64,000 bases of DNA from an uncultured Armatimonadia bacterium (GCA_963749155.1 CAVVLO010000001.1:1-64000), one strand, 5' to 3'. Positions 1 to 11,277 are shown, counted from the stretch's first letter. Translations and numbers: made by a program. Notes: generated by a model not told the origin, from the sequence alone.

Positions 1-148
1 TCACTCTTCAGTCAGCGCAGGTATAGTCAGGGCACTGCCGAAATCCAGCAAGCCAAGCGCCAGAAAGTCACTGGTGCTGGACAACGATAATCCTCGGAAG
101 GGCACGCAGAATGGGCATATTCCAGCAACATCGGCTGAGTGAGCTGTT

Positions 149-1894
149 ATGAGCTCCCTGATGAAGCTGGCCCGCTTCATGCGCCCTTATTGGCTGCCGG
201 CCGTGCTGGCGCCGCTGTTGATGGCGCTTGAGGTCTCAATGGACCTGCTTCAACCGCGCTTTATGCAGTCGCTGATAGACACGGGAGTCGCGCAAAAAGA
301 CCAGGCCTTTGTGCTGCACACGGGCTTGCAGATGATAGGAGTCGCGCTTGTCGGGGTGGTCGGAGGCGTTGGATGCACAGTCTTCTCGACTATTGCCGGC
401 TTGAACTTCGGCACCGAGATACGCGAACGCCTCTTTGAGAAAATCCAGGCGCTGTCCTTTGGCAACCTCGACCGGCTGCAAACCGGCGGAATTATTACGC
501 GCTTGACCAATGACGTCGAACAGGTCCAGGAAGCGATGCTGATGTTCCTGCGCATCCTGGTTCGCGCCCCGCTGCTTACTGTCGGCAGCCTGATAATGGC
601 AGTGCTTACCGCGCCCCAACTCGTGCCGATTCTGCTGTTGATAAGCCCTCTGGTCATACTGCTGCTCTGGCTGGTTAATCGTCAGGCCCACCCGCTGTTT
701 ACCACGATGCAGGAACGTCTCGACAGGGTTAACACCGTAATCCAGGAGAACCTGGCCGGAGTTCGGCTGGTGAAGGTTTTTGTGCGGGGCGCTCATGAAT
801 CGGGTCGCTTCGAGACAGCCAACACAGGCCTGTGCAAGGCGACGATAGGCGCCTCTTCCCTGGTGGCCGGCGTTATGCCGCTGATGATGCTGCTGCTGAA
901 CGCGGGCATCGCTTGCGCCTTATGGTTTGGCGGGGTCAATGTCACCCGGGGAGAACTCCACGTCGGGCAGTTGCTGGCTTTCATCAACTATCTGATGCAG
1001 ATGCTTATGTCGCTGATGATGGTCGGGATGCTTCTTATGCGCGTGACCAGGGCGGAAGCTTCGGCAGAGCGTATCCTCGAAGTGCTTGAAGCGACTCCCG
1101 AGGTGCAAGATACGCCAGAAGCGACTGTGATGCCAGCTCTCGAAGGTCGCATCGACTTTCAGCAGGTCAGCTTCGGCTACGAGGGTGAAGAGGGCCCTCC
1201 TGTGCTGACCGACATCACTTTTTCGGCCCAGCCAGGCCAGCGCGTTGTAATCCTCGGCGCTACTGGTTCGGGCAAGTCCAGCCTTATTCACCTGATCCCC
1301 CGGCTGTACGATGTGACCGCCGGGCAAATCCTGCTGGATGGGAGCGACATAAGGAACTACACTCAGGAAAGCCTGCGCCGAGACCTGGCTCTGGTGATGC
1401 AGGAGGCCATCCTCTTTTCGGGCACCATCCGCGATAATCTTCGATATGCCCGACTGGAAGCCACCGATGAAGAACTTGAAGAGGCAGCAAAAATTGCCCA
1501 GGCGCATAGTTTCATCTGTGGCTTTCCCGAGGGATACGACACAGTGCTCGGGCAACGCGGGTCAATCTTTCGGGGGGCAGAAACAACGGTTGGCTCTTGC
1601 GCGGGCGCTGGTTTCCAAACCGGCGATACTCCTGCTCGATGACTGCACCAGCGCGGTGGATATGGCGACCGAGGCGGCTATCCTCAAGGCCCTTGGAGAA
1701 GGTCTCACCGCTGCACGCGGCTGATAGTTGCCCAGCGTATAGGTACAGCCCTCGAGGCTGACCTTATCCTCGTGCTGGAGAGAGGACGACTGGTAGCCCA
1801 GGGCACTCACGCCGAGTTGATGGAGACAAGTGAAGTCTACCAGGAGATAGTCCGCTCTCAGCAGGATGGACAGGAGGCGCCCGGTGTCCACTAA
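149..1894 (+). CDS. ABC exporter subunit (transmembrane domain + ATPase), heterodimeric multidrug-type; reconstructed across three 1-nt deletions (~1560, ~1575, ~1710)
   Basis: Six TM segments; Walker A GATGSGKS. Signature and Walker B ([13 protein letters not shown]...[12 protein letters not shown]) continue in ORF 1446..1724; the C-terminus ([12 protein letters not shown]...GTHAELM) returns to the original frame and ends at TAA 1892-1894. Degenerate DD Walker B and AQR switch match the non-canonical half of a heterodimer. Confidence 0.88.
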
Positions 1895-3707
1895 GCGCAC
1901 GGTAGCCGACCATATGATGCGCGGCCATCCTGGGATGATGGCTGCAGTTGATGCTGCCAGAGATCGCCGAGGGACACTTCGGCGTATTGGGAATTACCTC
2001 TCCCCTGACAAGTATGGCCTGCTGGGTATCTTGCTATTGGTGGCGCTTACCAGCGCGCTGTCGCTGATTACTCCCAACCTGATGCGCCGGGCGATTGACG
2101 ACTATATCACCGCCAAAGATTTGGGCAATCTGGCGCGCACGGTCGGACTTATGGCCCTAATCTACGTGCTGGCCACGGCCGGCTCCTGGGCGCAGAGCAT
2201 CTGGATGATCCGCATCACGCAGCGAGCAATCCGCAATATCAGGAGAGACCTGTTCGACAAGCTGCAAATCTTGCCCTTGCGCTATTTCGATGCCCGCCCC
2301 CACGGCGAGTTAATGAGCCGGCTTACCAATGACACTGACCTCCTCAGCAACGCGCTTGGAGAAAGCATAATCCAGTTCATCAGCAGTATGCTGCTGGTCA
2401 CAGGCGCGCTCGTCATTATGTTTGGGATGAACTGGCGACTGACCCTGGTCTCTTTTGTGACATTGCCTTTTGTCCTGGTGGTGACCTGGCTCCTTGGCAG
2501 AGCAACGCGCACGCGCTTCATCGATCGCCAGCAGGCGCTTGGAGAGTTGAACGGGCTGATTGAGGAGACCATCAACGGTCAACGCGTCGTCAAAATCTGC
2601 CGGCATGAAGCTGCGATTAGGCAGCAGTTTGCGACCCATAACCAGGCGCTAAAGCATACCGGGCTCAAGGCGCTTATCGTGATTGGTCTTATGGGGCCGG
2701 TGATGCAGGTCTTTCGCAACATCGGTTTTGCGATTCTGGTCTCAGGTGGCATCTGGATGGTCACTCTTGACCTGGCTACCGTTGGCACTATCGCTGCTTT
2801 TCTGACTTATTCGGACTACTTCAATCGGCCAATCCACCAACTGGCGAACCTTTATGGCTCTATCCAGTCCGCGCTGGCAGGGGCAGAACGAGTTTTCGCC
2901 GTGCTGGACGAGGCGCCTGAGCCAGCTGATGAGCCAGAAGCCCTCGAGCTTTCTCCCGTGCGCGGCAAGGTAGAGTTCGCCCAGGTTGACTTCAGCTATG
3001 TGCCTGGCGTGCAGGTGCTCAGCGAGGTCAGCTTCCACGCGGAAGCCGGCCAGACAGTGGCGCTGGTTGGGGCTACAGGCGCAGGGAAGACCACGCTAAT
3101 CAACCTGCTGACGCGCCTTTATGATATTGATGCGGGCGCTATTTCCATTGATGGCCACGATATTCGCAACCTGCGGCGGGCCAGCCTGCGCCGGTTGCTC
3201 GGGATAGTCCTCCAGGACACCATCCTCTTTGCCGATACGGTGAGGGAGAACATCAGATATGGCCGCCTCGAAGCCAGTGACGCCGAGGTGGAAGCCGCGG
3301 CCAGGCTGGCCGATGCGGAGAGCTTTATCGTCCATCTGCCTCATGGCTACGACACAGTTTTATCAGACGCGGGCGGGAGCCTCAGCCAGGGGCAGCGCCA
3401 ACTTATCGCAATCGCGCGCATAATGCTGGCCAATCCCTCCATACTCATCCTCGACGAGGCGACAAGCAGCGTAGATACCAGGACCGAGCTGCATGTCCAG
3501 AACGCAATGTATCGTCTGATGCAAGGCCGCACCAGCCTGGTCATCGCCCACCGGCTGAGTACTATCCGCCAGGCCGACCGCATTCTGGTGCTGGACCACG
3601 GTCGCGTAGTTGAACAGGGCACTCACGCGGACCTGCTCGAGCAGCAGGGCGCCTATTACAGACTCTACCATGGCCAGATGAGTGTGGCAGAGGAGAGTAG
3701 CGCCTGA
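1884..3707 (+). CDS. ABC exporter subunit (transmembrane domain + ATPase), canonical partner of the upstream subunit
   Basis: GTG start at 1884 after CAGGAGG; Walker A GATGAGKT, signature LSQGQRQ, Walker B ILILDEATSSVD, IAHRLST switch; overlaps the upstream stop. Confidence 0.92.
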   Translation: MSTKRTVADHMMRGHPGMMAAVDAARDRRGTLRRIGNYLSPDKYGLLGILLLVALTSALSLITPNLMRRAIDDYITAKDLGNLARTVGLMALIYVLATAGSWAQSIWMIRITQRAIRNIRRDLFDKLQILPLRYFDARPHGELMSRLTNDTDLLSNALGESIIQFISSMLLVTGALVIMFGMNWRLTLVSFVTLPFVLVVTWLLGRATRTRFIDRQQALGELNGLIEETINGQRVVKICRHEAAIRQQFATHNQALKHTGLKALIVIGLMGPVMQVFRNIGFAILVSGGIWMVTLDLATVGTIAAFLTYSDYFNRPIHQLANLYGSIQSALAGAERVFAVLDEAPEPADEPEALELSPVRGKVEFAQVDFSYVPGVQVLSEVSFHAEAGQTVALVGATGAGKTTLINLLTRLYDIDAGAISIDGHDIRNLRRASLRRLLGIVLQDTILFADTVRENIRYGRLEASDAEVEAAARLADAESFIVHLPHGYDTVLSDAGGSLSQGQRQLIAIARIMLANPSILILDEATSSVDTRTELHVQNAMYRLMQGRTSLVIAHRLSTIRQADRILVLDHGRVVEQGTHADLLEQQGAYYRLYHGQMSVAEESSA

Positions 3708-3739
3708 CTCCTTCCGTCCCAAATCTCTCGAAGGTTCCT

Positions 3740-6700
3740 TTACAGCTGCGGGATGACCTCGATGGCGTTTACCAGGCGAGCGGTCGGATCAACTGCGCCA
3801 CCACTTGGTACGCTAAACTCGAGGTCCAATACTCCGTCCACAACTTCCACGTCTTTGAATTCGCTTACTAACACCTTATGGAAGTCGCTTCCACAGGCAG
3901 TAAACAGGTCCAGCTCGTTCAAAACTCGTTGGCCTTCGAGGTCGAGATTGAGGACGAAAACGCCTGGTTTTGCTCCTGGCTCATAACCTACCTTCTGGTA
4001 GAGCCGCACAGTGTACTTCCCGGGTTTTACGGTGAACCGGTAGGCGTCCAGGTCATAGGCCTCGGTGGCGAACAGGCTGGGATCGTCGGTGCCGCCAAGG
4101 CCGGCGGTAGAACGCCCTACCGACTGGTAGCTGCCCTCATACCCGTAGCCGCCTGGCGTATACTTCCTGTCTGGGAAAAAGAGTTGCCCGGATTTGGCCC
4201 GGTAGAAAGCAGTGCTGCCGCAGTCCACTGCATATTCGTTGCGGGCGAGCATCTCGGTCTGCTGCGTCAGCGATCCATCGGCCAGGGCCTGCTGCAAGGT
4301 GGGGAGCTCCCTGACCAGTTTCGAGAACAGCAGCCGGTGGACTTCAGCCAAATGCCCTGCCTCGAGTTCTGTCTTCAATACCGCCGCGCGCTCGGTTAGA
4401 GCACCGACCTCGGCGCCGCTCTCGGTAAGGGCTGAGACCTCGGCCTCCACCTTCGCTACCTGGCTCGCATACCAGTCCTGGGTTGCGGCTGGCACCTTTA
4501 CACTTCCGGTTTGCGGCTTGGCGCTCGGACTGGCGAGGCGGAAGGAGCGCAGCTGGAAAGGCGCCAGCTCGATCTGCAGTGCCCCACTTTCGGGGGAGAC
4601 GATTTGCCCTGTCGAGAGGTCCATCACGGCCCCACTGCCTGCTGGCAGGTCGATAGTGGCGCTAACCGGCGCCCAGAGGAGGCTCACCGCATAAAGATAG
4701 GTGCCAGACTTCGTATTGAGGTACCTGGCGGTGACCGGGTCAGAGAGGCCTTCGATGGGCTGGAAGTCTCCCACCGGCAGCGCGCGATAGGCGGCGGCGA
4801 ACTCGCGGGTCTCGGCATCTCGGCCGGTCGTGCCCAGAGGCTGGGCGCCAATCAGCAACTGCGAGGCGTCCTGCGAAGCCAGCGCCACGGCGAAATCCTG
4901 CAAGAAATATCGCCCCTGCGCCTTGGGGTCAGAGTTCTGGAAATAGCCCTTGTAGGTCTCCTGTTTCAGCGACTCCATAAAGGACTCGAAATAGCGCAGG
5001 TATAGGGAGACGCCAGAGCGCTCTCCGTTGCGCAAGACGCCAAACTTGTCTACGTCGTGGTTAAGCTCGCCGATGACGCTCTCCTGCCCGCCATACCAGT
5101 GTTTCAGCCAGCGGTAGAAAGTGCCATCCACCATCGGCGCCAGTGTTACGGAAGGCAGCTCTTTGAGGGCTGTCAGGTCTAGCCCAAGGTGCTCGTAGGC
5201 GAACTGTGAGAAATCGAAATCCTCCGCCTGACTGAGGGCCAAAAATTCCGGTGAGAAATCATACCAGCCCCCAAGGGTTAGCAGTAGTTGCAGGTCCGGT
5301 CTTGTCTCCTGGATGAGCGCGTCCACCTGGCGCAGCAGTTCCGTGTTCTGCTCCACCCGCCAGGCCAGCCACTCATCGCGCGCTTCGCCGGTCAGATGCT
5401 TGTATCGGGCTTCGAAGCGGTCCTCGGGAGCCTGTCCGGAGGGGACTTTATGGCCTGTTTCCCGCTCGAAGGCGGCCACTGTAAGGTCGTCGTAGCCTGT
5501 CTCGAGGGAGCCGAACAGATAGGGGGTGCGGCCCTCGCACCACAGGTCCAGTCCCGCGAAGGCTGGATACTGACCATACCGGCGCAGTAGTTCTTCGACC
5601 AGCCTGAGGAAAGCAGCCCTCACCGCTGGGTGGCTCGGATTATCGCCCAGGCCAGGATCTTCCCAGGCTGCGGCGGGCGCCTTGCCTGTGCGGTCCAGCC
5701 GGTAATAACCCTCTTCGACGCGCTGCTGGAAGCCCGCTTGCGATGCGCCTTGCGCGGGGAGGGTCCATATATTGATATTGGCGAGCAGTTGCTTGTCGCG
5801 CTTGCCCATCAGCTCGAGCAGCAAGTCAATCCACCCGGCCACCCGCATACCGTCTCCGACTTCGTTCACCGGCCCCTCATCGAGGTGAGACCAGGTGTAG
5901 CGCGCCAGCGAATAGGACATCAGGTTCTGCCCGGTGTAGTCCATATAGTCCAGCAACCGCTCACAGGTCTGGATTGGATAACCATAAGGCAGAGGGCTGC
6001 GGTGGAAGCTGTCATCTTGTGGCCCGCCGAAGAGCACCTCGAAGCTCTGGTCCTCATCGAGGTGCCCCAGGGAGCGGCCTTTCAGCCCCTCGGGAAGGGC
6101 CAGGTCAAGTTTCGGAAGCCTCTCGGCCAGGCGATATATCTCCAGTTTTGAGACCGCCGCCGGCAGTCCGGGGATGAGGGTCCGCACCTCGAAGAGATAC
6201 TGCTCTTCGGTCGGGTAAAACAGATAGCGCGCCTTCTGAAGGGCGCCACTGTTTGGATACTCCCCTCCGCACTGGACGCCGCCACTCAGCCGGTCACGAT
6301 GCTGGGGCGAGGCGGATTTTGGCAGCATATAGAAACTCATCGCCCTCTCGCGGTCATCTGGCCAGGTTACCTCCAGCATCACGGGCGAGCCATCCGCGCC
6401 AGGAATAACCACCTCATAACCAAAACGGTCCCACTTGCTGGAGCCCGCCTCCCGGTACCCCAAGCCGGGGTCACTACCAAGGCCAGGCTCGGTCTTCACC
6501 AGAGTCGGGGCGCTCTCGGAGTACCCGCTGCCCGGGCTGGTGCAGTCAAGGCTCACAATGCGGTCTCCAAGTTTTACGTCTTCACGAGAGACCTCGGGCG
6601 CTGCCTGCTGCTGGTAGACCGTAAAGGCGAAACTGCGCCTGAACTGGCCTTGGGGTCGGGTCAAGAGACACTCGGCCCGGTAGGCTCCAACTGGTAACTC

Positions 6701-7694
6701 GCCCACGGGGATACTGAGCAACTGGCGCTCGGACAGGTTCAAAGAGAAAGTCTTCCCGGCGACGATACTGCCATCGGCATCCGCCAGGAGGCGCACCTGT
6801 AGCTCGCCCGTAACTGGCGCGAGCACCTCTGGGGCCGGGGCGACTTCGATTGCGAATACCTCAGGCTCCTCGGCCCGCAGGTAGCGGCGCTCAAGAGTGA
6901 AATCGAGAGGCGCAATCCGGCGGAACTCGGAGGCTAGCTCCTCTGTGGAAAGCGCGCGCGGGTAGAGGCTCAACTCATCAAAGGCGGCGCTTGCGCGCTG
7001 GGTCTGGTTCCATACTTTGGGCAGGCAGCCCACATAGAAACGTTGGATGTCCGCCAGTTTGGGTTGAGCGCGAGTTGCCCGGGGCACTCCGTTCACGTAG
7101 AGCTTGCTCCAGCCCTCGGCGTTCCAGGTGAAGGCGATATGCCACCAGTCACCGCGCATCCAGGTGTTGCGGCAGCGCCAGGCCACCGAGGCCAGAGGCT
7201 TGCCAGGTTGCTCGATACAAGTCCAGGCGCAGCCAGTTCCACATAAAGAGCCACAGCCGGTCGGCGCCGCTATCGGGGGTCAGCTCAGTGGTGGTGAAGT
7301 CCGGGGTGTCACTGCCGCCCATAGCCCCAAACAGGAAGTGCGTATCAAAGTTCACAGGATCAGTGAAGAGGCCATCCCAGTCAGGGCTCACCCAAAACAT
7401 TACAGTGCCACTCTCGGCTGCAAAGTGCTCTCCAGCGTCATATTCGAGCAGGGGGCTCTCTTCGTAAGGATACTGACCGAATCCGCCCAGGTAGACCGCT
7501 TGCCCAATCACCCCAGGCACAAAAGTCAGGCCGCGGGCGTTAGTGGGCTGAGGCGAGCCACTTTCACACCGGTGAGCGGTCACATCGCCGTCAAAGGGGG
7601 CGTAGAAGCTTGGCCCAGTCTGGGCACTGACGGTAGCTGCAAGCCAAAGTGAGACCAGAACAAACAGAGTAGTCTGGAAAGGTATGCTATGCAT
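3740..7694 (-). CDS. Large secreted glycoside hydrolase-like protein: signal peptide, N-terminal LamG/concanavalin-A-like domain, central TIM-barrel-like domain, C-terminal malectin-like domain; one frameshift at ~7213
   Basis: ATG 7694 with GGAGA RBS and signal peptide MHSIPFQTTLFVLVSLWLAATVSA. LamG motifs (GTVMFWVSPDW, WWHIAFTW, LYVNG, FDELSLYPRALS) are split between ORFs 7149..7778 and 3740..7186. Centre has NPSHPAVR...FAGLDL; C-terminus YAVDCG...DDPSLFATE...GKYTVRLY...NAIEV is malectin-like. Confidence 0.7.
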
Positions 7695-7847
7695 GATGTC
7701 TCCACTGGGGGGCTGGCAACTGGCGCAAGCCCAGGCTTCCAGGCCAGGCGTCCTGCCCTGCAACCCCGGATTCGCCATCAGAGGTGGGTTTCCCTGTTTC
7801 TCCGGTCACGCAGTCGGGCAGTTAGCTTATCGCGCTGGAAGGGAGTT

Positions 7848-9437
7848 TTAAGGCGCCAGATACTCGGCAGGTATTGGCTCGCCCAGCCGGTCAGTGACGT
7901 CTATAAAGTCATAGGGGTAGCTGCGTGTCGAAAAGAAGCAGCGATTTGGGAGCGCCTCCAGTTGCACTCCAAAATAATGCTTCAAGATAAAACGAAAAGT
8001 GTTTACTGGAGTCAGGTTGGCAGGCAAGCTTGGAGCATCCGGCCCTGGCAGGTAAAGGGTATTGAAGATGGCGAATCTCTCCTGCACCAGAGTTTGCTCA
8101 GAGCTTGTCCACACTGTGTAATTGCCTGGTCCATGATCGCCTTGTATGACGATGACAGGGGGCTGGGCAGAGTTTTCGATTATTTGGGGCAGCACGCGCT
8201 CAAGCTGCTGGTTCAGGAAGAGCACCTGGTCTCGATAGCCTTCCCGATAAGCTTTGTGCCCGTCCGAACCTGCCAGGCTCATAAAGTCAGAGGCATCATC
8301 GAGTCCATATCGCCAGGCAGGTTGCCTGGGCGTGCCATCCGGTGCGAAAACAAAGGGAGGATGGGGACAAAGGAGATGCGCGAATACGAACTTCGGCCCA
8401 GGCTCCAAGGCCACCTCCGGCAGCTTTTCAATCGTGAATGCAATCCTCTGTCTATGGGCATCATAGGCAGACCAGGCACCGGCTTTTCCAAGCCAGCCAA
8501 ACAGGGTGGGTAAGGGAGTCTGCTCGCACAGCATTTGCGCGAAATCTCCGAGCGCAGCATAGGGAGCGAGGTATTCATCTGCCTGACGCCACTCAGTTGG
8601 AGTATTACCACTGGCGAAGGAAATTAGACGATACCCCTGGGCTTTTAAGAAATCCAGTGCGCGAGTATTCCTGAGCAACCGATAGGTGGGTGTTCGATCT
8701 CGACATTGGCGACCATAGATTCTTGCGAGGTCATCCAGATAAGTACACCCGAGTGAAGAATTGAGGGACAAGACGGTCTGAGAATAATTGCTATAACTTT
8801 CACGGGTTACCTGGAAGCCGGTTTGCTCAAGCCAGGTGAGGAATTCACTGTTATCAAGACCATACAATTGCTGAAGTATGTCCTGCCGCCCGTAGGCATC
8901 GACAATTATATAGTAGATATCAGGTTTGTTCTGCGGGGCGGGTGATGCCTGAGGCCAAGTCTCGTTGCGAAGTATGTGCTGCTCGATGTGGAAGCCTAGT
9001 CTTGGCACGGCGCTAATCAATGGCACCAGTACGAGAATAAGCCCCAGCCAGTTCATAAGGGGAGTTGCGGTTGCCACCTGCCTGCGGGTGCGCAGCACAA
9101 AGTAAGCTGCCAGGGAAAACCCCGCAACTAGCAAGACCAGGGCTATCCGGCTTGAGTTAAGGTGCACCAGAGGGGCAAGCGTTTTACCTGCAGTCTCCTT
9201 CAGGCCAAGGAAGGCAAACAGCAACAGCATGCCAGCTGAGGAAAGCAAAGCGGCTTTATGCGGGTCGCGCACAAGCCCCCAGAACACTACCCAGGCAATC
9301 ACCACTCCACTTACCAGGGCAAGGGCTGGACCGACCAGTTGGGCTGGTTCCACCTCGGTCACGTTGTGGGAGTAAAGACTTAGCACCGGATACAAGGCGA
9401 ACAGGACAGGATAGACTACCCAGGGCTTCCGCTTCAC
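7848..9437 (-). CDS. Membrane protein with extracytoplasmic alkaline-phosphatase/sulfatase-superfamily domain (LTA-synthase/phosphotransferase-like)
   Basis: About five N-terminal TM helices, then PDIYYIIVDAY, YSNYSQTVLS (Thr at the nucleophile position), HLLCPHPPF and IQGDHG. No CxPxR sulfatase motif. GTG start overlaps the upstream TAG. Confidence 0.75.
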   Translation of the reverse strand: MKRKPWVVYPVLFALYPVLSLYSHNVTEVEPAQLVGPALALVSGVVIAWVVFWGLVRDPHKAALLSSAGMLLLFAFLGLKETAGKTLAPLVHLNSSRIALVLLVAGFSLAAYFVLRTRRQVATATPLMNWLGLILVLVPLISAVPRLGFHIEQHILRNETWPQASPAPQNKPDIYYIIVDAYGRQDILQQLYGLDNSEFLTWLEQTGFQVTRESYSNYSQTVLSLNSSLGCTYLDDLARIYGRQCRDRTPTYRLLRNTRALDFLKAQGYRLISFASGNTPTEWRQADEYLAPYAALGDFAQMLCEQTPLPTLFGWLGKAGAWSAYDAHRQRIAFTIEKLPEVALEPGPKFVFAHLLCPHPPFVFAPDGTPRQPAWRYGLDDASDFMSLAGSDGHKAYREGYRDQVLFLNQQLERVLPQIIENSAQPPVIVIQGDHGPGNYTVWTSSEQTLVQERFAIFNTLYLPGPDAPSLPANLTPVNTFRFILKHYFGVQLEALPNRCFFSTRSYPYDFIDVTDRLGEPIPAEYLAP

Positions 9438-10837
9438 TAGGACGCTCCTTTTACCCGCATCAGGTAAAGGGTGCGTTCACTGCCGCTCACCGGCTGGCGG
9501 CGCATGATCTCATAACGCGCCTGGAAAGCCGCCTCGAAGCCTGCTTCCGTATAGTCAGGAAAAATATCCTCCCGACTGGCCAGCAGCTTCTGGACCTGCG
9601 AGTCTCTCTTGGGGACGAATTCGACGATGAGCCAATTGCCTGCGGCGGCGAAGAAATCCGCCAGTTGCGGCAGGGGCACATTGCCCGAGAGCGCCAGGTG
9701 ATGGACCAGCGCGAGCGCCATCACGACGTCCACCGGCCCGCGCTCAAGTAGAGAGGCCCGTTCCCGGTGATGCCAGCCCAGGGCAGGACTCGGGTTGGTA
9801 AGGTCCATCAGCAAGGGCAGCATCAGCGGCTGCGGAGATTGCTTGAGCGCCAGATAATGCTGTTCGACTGCTGCCGGGTCGATATCAAAGGCCACCGTAA
9901 AAGCGCCTGTTTCTGCCGCAATCCGGCTGAAGCGTCCGACATTGGCGCCCAGGTCCCAGACCGTCCGCGGCGCTACCTGTTCCACCAACTCTTGCACCAG
10001 TTTGGCTTTTTGGTCGAGGGCTTCATCGTTGTAATTCAACTGATTGTAGTAGTCAGCCCACTCGGTACCCTCGGGTCGCCACTTCAGGCCCTGGATGGCG
10101 CCCTTGAGAGTGTCAAGCAGCCCAGTCAGGCCCTGCCGCGATACCTTTCTTTGCGTTGCGCGCTCTTTGCCTTCCGGGCGGTCCGCCCATTTTTTCTGGC
10201 TGCGCGCGTGCATAAACAGGTGGATAGACAATCCCAGTTTGAACCGACACCGCCTGGGCAGCAGGCGGGTGGCCAAATCCAGCGGAACACCGTCCAGGTG
10301 CAGGGCAAGGAGCCGACCTAGCCGCACATCAACATAGGCCATCAAAGCAAGTGGAGCCAAAAAATGCTGACAGAATTGCTTGTAGCCTACCCACGGCTCG
10401 CCTTCCTGATAACGCTCAAAGGAGAGGGTGTCAATCAGCACCGGTCGCCCTTGGCAGAACTGGATATTGTAGGCGCTGGCGTCTTTGAGGCTCATCCCAT
10501 GCTTGAGGGCCAGCCGCTGGATACGTAAAGTGAGCAGAGCCGCGTCTTTTAGCTGGCTGAAGCACCACTCGTAGGGATAGCTAATCAGAGCCAGGGGTTC
10601 GGGCCTTATTACCTTCCAGGCTTCAGCGGTTGCCGCCAGGGCCAGGTCGACTTCCTCATGCGGCACTAGTAGCTTCTTTTCTAACAGTGCCTGGTAAAGC
10701 CCCGAACTCATCAGAAGCTCATAGTCATCGGCATAACGTTGGTTAACCTGTCGCAGCAACACTCCGTCCCGGTGGAAGAGGAAACCACTTGGGTCGCGAA
10801 AAGAGCCCCCTACTGACTTTGTCTCGAGCTCACTCAT
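9437..10837 (-). CDS. NoeA-like protein: N-terminal kinase-like domain + C-terminal class I SAM-dependent methyltransferase
   Basis: SFRDPSG N-terminus, YPYEWCF, LKDASAYNIQF and VLIDTLSFE; SAM motif VWDLGANVGRFS, AFDID, and DVVMALALVHHL. Confidence 0.75.
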   Translation of the reverse strand: MSELETKSVGGSFRDPSGFLFHRDGVLLRQVNQRYADDYELLMSSGLYQALLEKKLLVPHEEVDLALAATAEAWKVIRPEPLALISYPYEWCFSQLKDAALLTLRIQRLALKHGMSLKDASAYNIQFCQGRPVLIDTLSFERYQEGEPWVGYKQFCQHFLAPLALMAYVDVRLGRLLALHLDGVPLDLATRLLPRRCRFKLGLSIHLFMHARSQKKWADRPEGKERATQRKVSRQGLTGLLDTLKGAIQGLKWRPEGTEWADYYNQLNYNDEALDQKAKLVQELVEQVAPRTVWDLGANVGRFSRIAAETGAFTVAFDIDPAAVEQHYLALKQSPQPLMLPLLMDLTNPSPALGWHHRERASLLERGPVDVVMALALVHHLALSGNVPLPQLADFFAAAGNWLIVEFVPKRDSQVQKLLASREDIFPDYTEAGFEAAFQARYEIMRRQPVSGSERTLYLMRVKGAS

Positions 10838-11063
10838 CTTCGTCCTGCTCGTTTTCTGGAGGCGAACGCTTTACCCATCTGACGAGGTTCTTCCAAAAAA
10901 GCTTCAAGGCCACAAGCCCGCTTAGAGCCACGGCGATTACCGCCTGGAACAGGTAGCTTCCCGTGCCAGGGTCCAAATAAGCCTGGGCAGGAGGCTGGTC
11001 CAGCAACATTAGTGCGCAAAGCCCAACTCCCAGCCACTGACTGAACGATTTAAAAGACCGCAT
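10830..11063 (-). CDS. Small membrane protein (77 aa) with AYLDPGTGS motif
   Basis: ATG 11063 after AAGGAAGG; signal-like segment, AQA|YLDPGTGS, one TM helix, basic then acidic tail; overlaps the start of the NoeA-like gene. Confidence 0.72.
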   Translation of the reverse strand: MRSFKSFSQWLGVGLCALMLLDQPPAQAYLDPGTGSYLFQAVIAVALSGLVALKLFWKNLVRWVKRSPPENEQDEDE

Positions 11064-11277
11064 TGGCTTAGCCTTCCTTAGCCCTAGTCCGAGCTTGCTC
11101 CAGAGCAGCCGGGTCTGGCGCACTAGCCGGAGTTATCAAACTGTTAAGATATTTGTATTTTTGAGATTCTGATAACTTTCCTGATGTCCTCTAGATTCCA
11201 GTCAACTGACCGGCCCCTTGCCTTAGGTGGTTTCTACACTGGTTTATTAGGCTGCTGCACGAATTGTTATATTTCAT

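Noticed and set aside
1..148. Possible leader RNA or attenuator upstream of the ABC exporter (TCCAGC/GCTGGA stem)
   Set aside because: Short stems only, no terminator U-tract or convincing leader peptide, and the context is cut by the window edge.
1550..1580. G-runs at the ABC gene frameshift as programmed frameshift or phase-variation site
   Set aside because: Three separate deletions in one gene and many similar indels across the window favour sequencing error.
7689..8513. 274-aa plus-strand ORF
   Set aside because: Mostly antisense to the alkaline-phosphatase-fold gene; no motifs.
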